Below are positions 1 through 7,897 of a stretch of 14,286 nucleotides of DNA, in pieces (the stretch's first letter is position 1; every line of letters starts with the position of its first letter). A program made the translations under genes and the position numbers. The notes beneath the pieces were generated by a model that ran no database searches, was not told where the DNA came from, and worked only from the letters and a program-made list of their open reading frames with translations. The stretch is from positions 1-14,286 of the forward strand of contig JAYVIY010000042.1 in NCBI GenBank assembly GCA_043769795.1, given 5' to 3'. Origin of the DNA: Pseudobdellovibrio sp. Lineage in GTDB: Bacteria > Bdellovibrionota > Bdellovibrionia > Bdellovibrionales > Bdellovibrionaceae.

Positions 1-2460
1 AGAATCAGTAATGACCACCGTAGCGAAAACCGCGTCACTGCGGTAGAAGCTTCCTTCATAGGAGCCCGCAAGACCAATACGATCAATGAATCCCTGAATT
101 GATGTGAGGCCGGCTTCTTCACCTGAACCATTTGAGTTAACCTGCAAGGTCTGCTGCAGCAGCGCAAGGGCATTTGGCGTCGTGCGATCGATGTATCTTA
201 CAATATTCTTACTATCGCCGATCGGAAGTAAAGAACCATGCGATAGCGCTACATCCGTCGTTTTCACTGCAATTCGATAATCGAGGGCCCCGAGATTATT
301 TAAAAACTCAGAAAAATTATCTGCGATTTTTTTATTTTCTTCAACCATACTGCGCGAATTATCCATCACGAAAAGAATGTCGACTTTATTATTTGATTGT
401 TGCGAAATTGAAAACTTTGTCTGAGCCGGAGCATAGAGCTCGGTGGCTTTCCAGGTTACCGATTTAACACTTTGATTGTCGACGTTATCCAGCGCGGTAA
501 CACTAAAAACATAAATACCTTCCGACACCACATCCGTGCGGAATATTGAGCCGGCCTGACAAACCTGTTCTAGAACCGTGATTGAATTCAAGGTCAGTTT
601 ACATTGAACTGATTTTAAGCCCGCACCGTTGTCAACAACGAGATACGAAATTTCCTGCGCTAGATTTGGCCGCACATCAGGCGGCGGTTGTGAAAGAAAA
701 GTAATTACCGGAGGATAGAAATCAACTAAAAATTTATTACTGATGTAATAGCTTGATTGATTACCCGCTTTATCGACGACGAAGAGCTTAATCTGGTGAG
801 AACCATTTTTAATTCCTGCTATAGCTAAAGGCGAAGCAAATTCAGCGTAGATATCCGGCACACCCACAATTAGCGTGTCTAAGTCGGTAATTGCAAAGTA
901 ACCGGTCAGTGTATTTGCTGGATCGGAATTATTATCGGCCTTTACAGCCTGAAACTTCAAAGCAGGGCTCGCTGTTTGTAAAGGCAATAACGGAAACTGA
1001 CTGTCAGGAAAGCTCAAAGTAGGTTTTGTAAAGTCGCTCCAGAAATCATAAGTAAGTTCAGCACTTTTATTTCCGGCCAGATCTGTAGCTATGATAGAAA
1101 TCTTATGTTGCATTTCTTTTAAATCGTTGAGTGTTATCGTATTCAATAAGGCTTTCGAAACAACAACGCCATCAAGACTGAATTCAATGTCTTTAAGAGC
1201 CTGCGCTTCAACACTGACTACTTTTACGATTTCGCTCGGGTTTCTAGTGAATGCAGCGGGTTTTGTTTCAAAAGTAAGTGCAGGCGCCGTCTTGTCGTAA
1301 TTCCACTGGCGCTCTTCTTCACCGGAAACTAAACCGTCAACGTCGGTACCGCGCACCTTAAATTTATTCAGGCCTTCGGTAAGAGCGACGCTCGCCAAGT
1401 CAAAGGGCGAAGTGCAAATGGTCCATATTCCCAAATTCATCTGACACTCAAATTTAACCAGTGGGAGTAAAAACTGATCTTCTCCGGTGAATTCAAACGC
1501 ACCCTTAGTATTCGTATAAACCTCAGGGTACTTCACGATTTTCACTGTCGGCAAATTACGACTGACTGTCCACATATAAGATTGGGGAATCGAGGCATTT
1601 CCAAGGTCGTCCAGCGCCTTCACATTAAGTGTGTAGGTACCCTCGGTCAGATTATTACGACTATAAATTTTAGAACAAGCGGCATAAAGCTCAGAATTAA
1701 ACTGACACATAAACGTATTATTACTTGAATAGGTATCGACTGCTGAAAATTCAAATTCAGCCAGCGTGGCGCTGGTTTTTGAAGCGGGTTTTTTAACAAT
1801 GGTTAAAACCGGAGGCGTGCGATCTACCAACCAACTTACAGTCAGATTTACAGATTTGTTTCCGGCTTTGTCGGTCACATAGAAAACCTGGTTGCGCTGC
1901 CCGTCTGCAAAATTTCCTACACTGACATTTAAATTACAATTTGTAACTTCGGCCGGACAATACAACTTATCGATACCGGAACCGGCATCGTATTGACTTA
2001 ATTTAAAATCTGTAAGCGCCGCATTGGTTTTAAGTGGCGGCGCTGTGCTCAAACTCAAAGTTGGCGCGATATCATCATGGATGATTGAATCACTGATACA
2101 AGGAGTCTCTTTACCATAGGTCGATCTGAATTTTGCGTAGACACTGGCATTTGTATTTAAATTTTGAAGTGTCCAACCCAATTGCTTCGTGGATGGCACC
2201 CACTGACCGCCCGAGGCACAATCAGGACTGTTGGTGATATACATTTCGGGCGCATTATCGACAGAGATCTGAAGGCTAACAACCTTATTATTGGTATAAG
2301 CCGCGCCGTTATTAATGAGTAATCCGTTAGTTGCCAGAGACGAAAGGTCAACCGTCGAAGCTTCCTGAAATGCCATTTTGGGAGCCGAACAATTTTGAAA
2401 TGAGAAAAGCAGCGTTAAAATAACGACAGCTAAAGATCCAATGGTTTTTGAATTTCTCAT
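1..2460 (-). CDS. Large secreted surface/adhesin-like protein. The start codon is in the window (complement of 2458..2460); the C-terminus runs off the window at position 1, so >=820 aa. It has a signal peptide, about six tandem ~90-100-aa Ig-like repeat modules and a C-terminal von Willebrand factor A (VWA) domain.
   Basis: Hand translation of the minus strand in the frame set by ATG at 2460 gives MRNSKTIGSLAVVILTLLFSFQNCSAPKMAFQ..., a hydrophobic signal peptide. The frame stays open to position 1, and no competing ORF longer than 100 aa exists in 1..2460 on either strand. The motif [AV]-x-D-x-[AL]-G-N-x-S recurs at about 1878, 1611, 1083, 774 and 495 (VTDKAGNKS, ALDDLGNAS, ATDLAGNKS, VVDKAGNQS, ALDNVDNQS). 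This is typical of tandem bacterial Ig-like/cadherin-like domains. The last ~160 aa (nt ~1..480) read DILFVMDNSRSMVEENKKIADNFSEFLNNLGALDYRIAVKTTD...GSGEEAGLTSIQGFIDRIGLAGSYEGSFYRSDAVFATVVITDS. They contain a DxSxS MIDAS motif (nt 349..363) and a hydrophobic-TD strand, which is a classic VWA signature. A weak SD (GGGGA) lies ~10 nt upstream of the ATG. Confidence 0.75.
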   Translation of the reverse strand, partial: MRNSKTIGSLAVVILTLLFSFQNCSAPKMAFQEASTVDLSSLATNGLLINNGAAYTNNKVVSLQISVDNAPEMYITNSPDCASGGQWVPSTKQLGWTLQNLNTNASVYAKFRSTYGKETPCISDSIIHDDIAPTLSLSTAPPLKTNAALTDFKLSQYDAGSGIDKLYCPAEVTNCNLNVSVGNFADGQRNQVFYVTDKAGNKSVNLTVSWLVDRTPPVLTIVKKPASKTSATLAEFEFSAVDTYSSNNTFMCQFNSELYAACSKIYSRNNLTEGTYTLNVKALDDLGNASIPQSYMWTVSRNLPTVKIVKYPEVYTNTKGAFEFTGEDQFLLPLVKFECQMNLGIWTICTSPFDLASVALTEGLNKFKVRGTDVDGLVSGEEERQWNYDKTAPALTFETKPAAFTRNPSEIVKVVSVEAQALKDIEFSLDGVVVSKALLNTITLNDLKEMQHKISIIATDLAGNKSAELTYDFWSDFTKPTLSFPDSQFPLLPLQTASPALKFQAVKADNNSDPANTLTGYFAITDLDTLIVGVPDIYAEFASPLAIAGIKNGSHQIKLFVVDKAGNQSSYYISNKFLVDFYPPVITFLSQPPPDVRPNLAQEISYLVVDNGAGLKSVQCKLTLNSITVLEQVCQAGSIFRTDVVSEGIYVFSVTALDNVDNQSVKSVTWKATELYAPAQTKFSISQQSNNKVDILFVMDNSRSMVEENKKIADNFSEFLNNLGALDYRIAVKTTDVALSHGSLLPIGDSKNIVRYIDRTTPNALALLQQTLQVNSNGSGEEAGLTSIQGFIDRIGLAGSYEGSFYRSDAVFATVVITDS

Positions 2461-2550
2461 ACTCGCTATTTCCCCGATACCTAAGTATCGGTCAATTCGG
2501 TAGATTTATAAACGCTTTCTCAATGTGCGACATTTTTTTGGATAAAATTA

Positions 2551-2949
2551 TCAAATCTTTACACTAATTACGCTGACCACACCAAATACGAACGTTCCCC
2601 AGGCCATGTCGACCAGGGCAAACTGAACCGGATAATTTTTAAGAATTGCCAGATTAGTCAAATCATAGACTCCGTAAACAATCAGCCCTAGCAAAGCACC
2701 CGACAGAAAAGTAAAATAAATAGGGGTTTCAATCGAGGTTTTTGAAACCACAAAAAAATTAACTGCCACGGCCAATAAAACATAAACCAGAGCGGCTGGC
2801 AGATAGTCCACTTTCATTACGCCGTTTTCAAATCGGCCTATTTCTGAGAGGTGTCGCATATTAAAATCCTTAACGATCAGTCCAAGCCAGATCCCATCAA
2901 GAATAAGAAAAGAAAAAAAGGCCACCGCAAAACTTTTAAGGTATTCCAT
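2551..2949 (-). CDS. DUF2177-family small integral membrane protein (132 aa, ~4 TM helices)
   Basis: Complete ORF in the provided track, with a GGAG SD 5 nt upstream of the ATG at 2949. The hydrophobic profile (FAVAFFSFLILDGIWLGLIVKDF..., LPAALVYVLLAVAVNFFVV, FTFLSGALLGLIVYGVYDLTNL, MAWGTFVFGVVSV) and the N-terminal LxD.xWLG.I.KDFY-like motif match my recollection of the DUF2177 predicted membrane protein family. Confidence 0.65.
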   Translation of the reverse strand: MEYLKSFAVAFFSFLILDGIWLGLIVKDFNMRHLSEIGRFENGVMKVDYLPAALVYVLLAVAVNFFVVSKTSIETPIYFTFLSGALLGLIVYGVYDLTNLAILKNYPVQFALVDMAWGTFVFGVVSVISVKI

Positions 2950-3101
2950 GAGGTCTCCGATATGAAAACTCTAATCATTTATCAGAAGTTTGGGTAATCA
3001 ATTTTTCGATTTTCAGGGTTTTTACCGAGATTATTGTTTCATCGCGGGAAATTTTAAATTTTTGAAAAGTTTCGACCGAAAGGTGAATACGGAGAACACC
3101 A

Positions 3102-4055
3102 ATGTCACAGGCCAAAACTCAATCACTTATGTTCAGGGGCATTTACGAATTTGAAGACCCATCGTCCTCGCTTTTTGCGGCAAAAATTCCCGCGACCGGC
3201 ACATTAGACCTTTATTCAGATACCGTCATTGTGGTTAAGCCCAATCAAGGCGCCCTGTTCATTTACAAAGGTCAGATTGCAGACCGAATGAATTCGGGAA
3301 CTTTTCAGATCACAACACAAAATGTTCCTTTACTAACTAGGCTCGCCAATTGGAAGTTCGGATTTGAATCACCCTTGAGATGCGAACTCATTTTTTTTGC
3401 CTTTCAGATTTTTACCTCTCGCCGATGGGGAACAACCAGGCCCGCACTGGTTAAATTCGATAATTTCGACGCCCCAATTCCGATACGGGCCTTCGGTAAT
3501 TTCAATGTACGCTTAATCGACCCGATCAAATTCTTTTCAACTCTGTTCGGTACGCGCACGACTTATTCTGTGACCGAACTGGAAGAATTTATTCAGGGCC
3601 AGATTTCAGAAATTCTGCCGGATGTATTAAAAGGTTGCGGTACCCTTGAAAAGTTAAGCACTCGATTTGAGGACACTTCGCGACGTATTGAAGTTCTGGT
3701 GAATCGCAAAATCGAGATGTTCGGATTCTCTGTGAGTCAACTGCAGGTGCTCTCGGCGCTTCCATCAAAAGAAATTATCGAAGCTCTTGAAGCTAAATCA
3801 GCAATTCAGATCATAGGTTCACAAAAAGAATATTTACTTTACAAGGCAGCTAACAGCTTGGCAGCCAGCGAACAAGGCGGCGGCAATGACCCCGCTCAGC
3901 TGATGATGGGATTAATGCTCGGAAAGGGCCTGATCGGAAATGATTATCACGAAAAAGAAGTTAACCAGTCAATCAGCGGAGCTCATTGCATTAAATGCGG
4001 CACCACGTTGGCGACGAAGGCGGTTTTCTGCCAAGCCTGCGGAAATAAAGTTTAG
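3102..4055 (+). CDS. SPFH/band-7 (stomatin-prohibitin-flotillin) domain protein with C-terminal C4 zinc ribbon; COG4260 family (B. subtilis YdjI-like, 'virion core protein-like')
   Basis: Complete 317-aa ORF, with a GGAG SD 7 nt upstream. The sequence aligns by eye to B. subtilis YdjI along its full length. The N-terminal F..EF.D and VVKPNQGALFIYKG segments resemble IIRPGQDAVFLNNG. KFGFESPLRCELIFFA resembles KFGFNSGMRAEVLFVN. TSRRWGT resembles TVRWGT. The low-complexity Gly/Met-rich linker (GGGNDPAQLMMGLMLGKGL) is followed by a terminal zinc ribbon, CIKCGTTLATKAVFCQACGNKV, which resembles [23 protein letters not shown]. Confidence 0.85.
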   Translation: MSQAKTQSLMFRGIYEFEDPSSSLFAAKIPATGTLDLYSDTVIVVKPNQGALFIYKGQIADRMNSGTFQITTQNVPLLTRLANWKFGFESPLRCELIFFAFQIFTSRRWGTTRPALVKFDNFDAPIPIRAFGNFNVRLIDPIKFFSTLFGTRTTYSVTELEEFIQGQISEILPDVLKGCGTLEKLSTRFEDTSRRIEVLVNRKIEMFGFSVSQLQVLSALPSKEIIEALEAKSAIQIIGSQKEYLLYKAANSLAASEQGGGNDPAQLMMGLMLGKGLIGNDYHEKEVNQSISGAHCIKCGTTLATKAVFCQACGNKV

Positions 4056-4083
4056 TTATGACACTATTTTTTATGGAGACTGT

Positions 4084-4764
4084 ATGAGTTTTGAAATTGT
4101 CTGCGAATCTTGCGGTGCTCTCAGCGGCCCTTCGGTAGGAATTTGTCCGTTCTGTAAATCATTAATCAGCCGCCACAGTTCTGAAATTGCCGGGGAAGAC
4201 TCTCTACGCGAAATGTATGAAGCCGGAAAGCTCGATGTGACGTTAAATATGGCTAGTAAAATCTATCGTGAAAATGAAAAAGCTAAGAAAGACGTTTCAT
4301 TTTTACTGCTTTACGTAAGAATCTTAATCGAAACGGAGGGGCCGACAAGTCTGATTAACAGCCTGCTGACCGAAGGTCTTCTTATCGAACCGAAAAATCA
4401 GGAACTCATCGACTACTTTGAAATTGTTCAGGCCAAATCATTTTTAAAGAAGGGCTTAGATGATGACGGAGAGCGAAGACTTAAATTCCTATTGAAGCGA
4501 TCGCCAGATAATGTTCATGCTTTATTTTTGCTCGGCGCTCATCTTCATTGGTCAGATAATTCACCAACCACCGCGGTTTACTATCTTGAAAGATGCGTTA
4601 AAAACTCTCCCAATTTTTTGCGGGCCTGGGGCTGCCTGGCCTTGGTTTACAAGTCCCTTAATAATCTACAACTCAGCCAGCTGGCCCTGCGAAAATGCAT
4701 TGATCTCGAATCAAACGTAAATATGAAACTCTACTTCAAAAACGAACTCAATAAAATCAACTAA
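4084..4764 (+). CDS. Zinc-ribbon + TPR-like helical-repeat protein (227 aa); putative partner of the upstream SPFH protein (possibly YdjG-like)
   Basis: ATG at 4084 is preceded by GGAG at 4075..4078 (5-nt spacer) and lies 28 nt after the SPFH stop. The N-terminus MSFEIVCESCGALSGPSVGICPFCKSLI forms a CxxC...CxxC zinc ribbon with the same CxxCG...[FI]CxxC pattern as the C-terminus of the upstream protein. The C-terminal half has TPR-like repeats (HALFLLGAHLHWSDNSPTTAVYYLERCVKNSPNFLRAWGCLALVYKSLNNLQLSQLALRKCIDLE). The track ORF starts further upstream at 3940, but that start overlaps the preceding gene by 116 nt and has no SD. Confidence 0.65.
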   Translation: MSFEIVCESCGALSGPSVGICPFCKSLISRHSSEIAGEDSLREMYEAGKLDVTLNMASKIYRENEKAKKDVSFLLLYVRILIETEGPTSLINSLLTEGLLIEPKNQELIDYFEIVQAKSFLKKGLDDDGERRLKFLLKRSPDNVHALFLLGAHLHWSDNSPTTAVYYLERCVKNSPNFLRAWGCLALVYKSLNNLQLSQLALRKCIDLESNVNMKLYFKNELNKIN

Positions 4765-4765
4765 A

Positions 4766-4782
4766 AGGAGCGCTTCGCTCCT
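4766..4782. terminator. Hairpin (AGGAGCG-CTT-CGCTCCT, 7-bp GC-rich stem) between convergent gene ends; likely intrinsic terminator, more convincing for the minus-strand operon
   Basis: The inverted repeat sits 2 nt after the stop of the + strand gene (4764) and 20 nt after the stop of the - strand protease gene (4802). On the minus strand the stem is followed by the T-rich tract TTTAGTTGATTTTATT. On the plus strand the trailing sequence (CTCGTTGATTTGG) is less U-rich. Confidence 0.4.
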
Positions 4783-4801
4783 CTCGTTGATTTGGCTTTA
4801 A

Positions 4802-7800
4802 TTAGTAGTGCAACAAAAATCGTAAAATCTTATTACCGCATTGATAGTCCATGGCATAACCTGTTTTATCACCTAAGAAAACCGGCGCTTCAAGCGGTTT
4901 GCAACCTTTTTCAGATTTAAATCTTAACCGGGCCGGAGTTAGCATCTGTGAAATCTTACCGTCGGCTTCATAGACCGGAACCACCATTTTCAAACCGCGC
5001 TCAAGTCCACTCTGTTCCGTAGTGAAAAGGGCCGGAAGTTTTCGGCTGGAGTCATTGCGATCGACAATCGTGATCGGAAACAATAATTCCACAAAATTGG
5101 TGTCGCCGAAAAACGAGTAGCGATTCAAACTTCGCGAAACGACCTGATTTGAAGTGAGATCATGATATTCAAGTTCACTGTTCGTAATCAAGAACACACC
5201 CTTACGATCCTGCGATTGAAAGCCGGCCTTAACTAGTAAAGCACTGTCTTGTACGCTTCTTTGTGAGGATATCATTTTATCAAAGATGCGTTTTTGCTCA
5301 AGATCGATCATAGTAACCCGTTGTTGGTTACCAGCATCAAGACCATACCACATGGTTCCGTGATACTCACTGGCCGCCGCATTCAGATTAATGACCTTGT
5401 CGGCATAGGTATCTACCAAATTTCTGTACCCGGCAGCGCCTGATATATTTTGCAGATTAACTTGCGAGCTGATCACTTCATTCATAACATTAGCGATAGA
5501 AAACTCATTGATATATGACGGCTTGGTCTCGGTGCCGAGATTTTTTGCGATCAATACAGTCAATAAACCTTTCTGGGCCTGCATCTGATTCGACTGAACA
5601 ATATCAACGATACGCTCGTCTTTTTTAGCGGTGTCAAGCTGTCGTAATTTATAGTTTTCGTCTAAGTAATAGAAGTGAATATCCACTTTAGTTTTAAAGT
5701 TTTTAACTGTGTCGTCGGCGCTCATATCCGAACCCCAGAGATCAGTTAAATCGATGGTTTTTGCAATCTCTTGGCCTTTACCTACCCAAGCCGGCCGCAT
5801 CATGCCTTTTACTTTCATCCAATAAAAAGAATAAGGTAAAGCGGCTCTTTTATCATCAAACAACAGATATTTTTTCAATTTCATATTGCTATCAAATATA
5901 AAAAAGTGATTTCGGTAATCGCCGTAGATAGTGGCTTCTTTATCAAGGTACTCGATAATTCCGTAAACGTATTCACTGACTCCGTCGCCATCCAGATCAA
6001 TACGCATTTTATATTGAGGGCGGGTCAAACTCAAATCGCCGTCAAACTTAATTTTCTGAACGCTTTCAACAGTGTATTGATTTTGTTGATTTCGAACCAG
6101 ACCGATGTTGAACGAATTTTTGTTGTCATCATCTTTACCAACCACGAAATAGTCGCGGCTCGCAAGATTTCCATCGAGCACTTCGTCTACCAAAGTCATT
6201 TTCATTCCTCGCGGAATCGCGCCATTCAGATTATACTGAAAAACATCTCCGCCGGTAATAGCATCGCTGATGTTCACCAGGATTTCAGCTTTGATTTCGA
6301 ATTGGCGATGAACCACACCGTCAACCATAACACTGACCTGATAGCTTAGTTCACTCGGTAAGCGTGATAGGGCTACATCTTGGCTGTCTTTAATCTTAAG
6401 TTTGACGTTAAACATTTTCTCTTCAGATCCGGCCCAACTATTCATATTTTGCTGCGCATCCACTGAAACAACCGCTGGCTCCAAATTCGAGTTTTGCGTC
6501 GGTCTCATTACAATCTGAATCTTTTGTCCGCTGATTGATTTCCAATAATTTTTTAAAGCAAGATTAAAGTTGAGATCAGCCGATTTGCGGTCCCAGTTAA
6601 TAACCTGAACATCTTTATTCGCTGGCAAGATAAGTGCCTGTGCACTGACTTGTAAAGCGCGGCTCATATCCAGAAGTCCTGAAAGTATAGTCTTCTTGTA
6701 CTTGGTAGACGCGTCTACACTTTTGCTTTGGCCGCCGACCGGGCCAACTAATACTGGTAGCTCATTTCTGATTTGACGGGCTCCGAGAATAAGTCTCGGA
6801 TAAATTTCTGAAGCTGGAATTCCCCGCGACAACATATCAGCAACCACGCCGGTAACAAATGGCGTGGCCTGAGAGGTTCCAGACATCAAATCATAACCGG
6901 TGTATCCAGGTAAACGCAGCGATCTGATTGCATTCGGAATTGTTGAAAGAATCTCAACTCCGGGTGCCGCAATGTCGACACCGAAACCATAATTCGTAAA
7001 ACTCGCAAGCGATCCATCCGGCGAATGGGCCGCTACGCAGATGACGCCTTTATACTGGCAAGGTCGCAAAAGTGCATTTGTCGAATCGTTTCCCGCAGCG
7101 GCAACAACAATTACACCGCGCTTCTGAGCTTCAGCAATGGCTTCTTTAATGATGTCGATGGTCTGACCTTCCGGCCAGCCAATCGACAAGTTGATAACTT
7201 CTGCGCCGGCGTTGATGGCATAGATAATTCCTCGACTGATACGCTCGCTCAGAAATGCGGTTGTATAACCGTTTCTGACATTTTCACTAGGAGCTAAATC
7301 GATACTGAATGGTTTGATCGGTTGATTCGGACCATCACCACTGACCTGTACAGGGATGATTTCAATGTTTTTTGACACTGACGCCACAATACCGGCCACA
7401 TGTGTTCCATGACCTGATTGATCTCCGAAGTCGGGGCGCCCGATAATATTGTTTGGCGTATTGGCTATGCCTTGATCAAGAATACTCCAACCTTGGCAAT
7501 CGGCCGGATAAACATTTTCTGCCGCTATAAGATTTTCATCCCGGCATTTAGAATCGTTAGCATCTTTCGACTCTGTTTGACATTGTTTTAATTTTTCAAA
7601 AGCCGCACATTTTTCCGCACGTTTGAAAATGAGTTGTTGTAAATCCGGATGCGCGAAATCAATACCGGTATCTAAGATGGCCACTTTTACTTTTCGACCT
7701 TTTACGGCGGCTGCGGGTCTGATATCTTCTCCGACCACGGCCTGCAATTTATAGGACTGCAGCGGATTAATATAGGTGCTGACCGGTTGTCCGCTGTTTT

Positions 7801-7897
7801 TCAGACCCCACATTTTATCACTGTGGTTGGCGGCGATTGCCTGAGTGGAAATAATCGCTAAAATTAAAAGGCTAGAAAGGCTAACTGAGTGTTTCAT
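4802..7897 (-). CDS. Secreted subtilisin-like serine peptidase (MEROPS S8 family), 1031 aa. It has a signal peptide, a catalytic domain with no N-terminal I9 propeptide, and a ~600-aa C-terminal extension of unknown fold.
   Basis: Complete ORF with an AGGAGG SD 6 nt upstream. Its ATG overlaps the upstream gene's stop (TAATG at 7895..7899). The N-terminus MKHSVSLSSLLILAIISTQAIAA is a signal peptide. The catalytic triad motifs appear in canonical order: VAILDTGID (Asp76, nt 7670..7672), GHGTHVAG (His163, nt 7409..7411) and GTSQATPFVTG (Ser342, nt 6872..6874). The oxyanion-region motif AAAGND is also present. A Cys-rich 80-aa insertion with four Cys lies between Asp and His. Residues ~400-1031 have no motif I recognise, apart from DLDGDG and DxDxDG-like stretches. 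Confidence 0.9.
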   Translation of the reverse strand: MKHSVSLSSLLILAIISTQAIAANHSDKMWGLKNSGQPVSTYINPLQSYKLQAVVGEDIRPAAAVKGRKVKVAILDTGIDFAHPDLQQLIFKRAEKCAAFEKLKQCQTESKDANDSKCRDENLIAAENVYPADCQGWSILDQGIANTPNNIIGRPDFGDQSGHGTHVAGIVASVSKNIEIIPVQVSGDGPNQPIKPFSIDLAPSENVRNGYTTAFLSERISRGIIYAINAGAEVINLSIGWPEGQTIDIIKEAIAEAQKRGVIVVAAAGNDSTNALLRPCQYKGVICVAAHSPDGSLASFTNYGFGVDIAAPGVEILSTIPNAIRSLRLPGYTGYDLMSGTSQATPFVTGVVADMLSRGIPASEIYPRLILGARQIRNELPVLVGPVGGQSKSVDASTKYKKTILSGLLDMSRALQVSAQALILPANKDVQVINWDRKSADLNFNLALKNYWKSISGQKIQIVMRPTQNSNLEPAVVSVDAQQNMNSWAGSEEKMFNVKLKIKDSQDVALSRLPSELSYQVSVMVDGVVHRQFEIKAEILVNISDAITGGDVFQYNLNGAIPRGMKMTLVDEVLDGNLASRDYFVVGKDDDNKNSFNIGLVRNQQNQYTVESVQKIKFDGDLSLTRPQYKMRIDLDGDGVSEYVYGIIEYLDKEATIYGDYRNHFFIFDSNMKLKKYLLFDDKRAALPYSFYWMKVKGMMRPAWVGKGQEIAKTIDLTDLWGSDMSADDTVKNFKTKVDIHFYYLDENYKLRQLDTAKKDERIVDIVQSNQMQAQKGLLTVLIAKNLGTETKPSYINEFSIANVMNEVISSQVNLQNISGAAGYRNLVDTYADKVINLNAAASEYHGTMWYGLDAGNQQRVTMIDLEQKRIFDKMISSQRSVQDSALLVKAGFQSQDRKGVFLITNSELEYHDLTSNQVVSRSLNRYSFFGDTNFVELLFPITIVDRNDSSRKLPALFTTEQSGLERGLKMVVPVYEADGKISQMLTPARLRFKSEKGCKPLEAPVFLGDKTGYAMDYQCGNKILRFLLHY

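Noticed and set aside
174-2351. Short + and - strand ORFs 174..467, 1091..1300, 2157..2351 from the track
   Set aside because: All lie inside, and out of frame with or antisense to, the long uninterrupted minus-strand reading frame 1..2460. That frame has a coherent signal peptide, repeat modules and a VWA domain. The short ORFs have low-complexity, Cys/Arg-rich products typical of spurious frames.
2474-2491. Inverted repeat CCGATAC-CTAA-GTATCGG between the DUF2177 gene and the start of the adhesin gene
   Set aside because: This 7-bp stem is not followed by a U-tract on the relevant (minus) strand, so it is not a convincing terminator. It could be a regulatory hairpin or operator. I have no supporting evidence either way.
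3062-3090. Possible sigma70 promoter (TTGAAA ... 17 nt ... GAATAC) upstream of the SPFH gene
   Set aside because: The -10 hexamer match is poor (2/6), and it would place the transcription start inside the SD, so I did not report it.
4511-4720. 69-aa + strand ORF inside the zinc-ribbon/TPR gene
   Set aside because: Alternative frame of a gene with clear domain structure; no SD; implausible product.
3940-4764. Longer version of the zinc-ribbon/TPR ORF starting at ATG 3940 (274 aa) as given in the ORF track
   Set aside because: This start would overlap the SPFH gene by 116 nt in another frame. It has no SD and encodes an Arg-rich N-terminus (PRWRRRRFSAKPAEIK) typical of out-of-frame translation. 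The internal ATG at 4084 has a GGAG SD at optimal spacing and starts exactly at the zinc-ribbon motif.
4802-4830. C-terminal aromatic residue of the S8 protease (…KILRFLLHY) as an autotransporter/beta-barrel signature
   Set aside because: The terminal Tyr is suggestive. However, the preceding residues lack the alternating hydrophobic pattern of a last beta-strand and contain Cys and charged residues. I judge it insufficient to call an autotransporter translocator domain, so I kept it only as a hypothesis within the operon finding.
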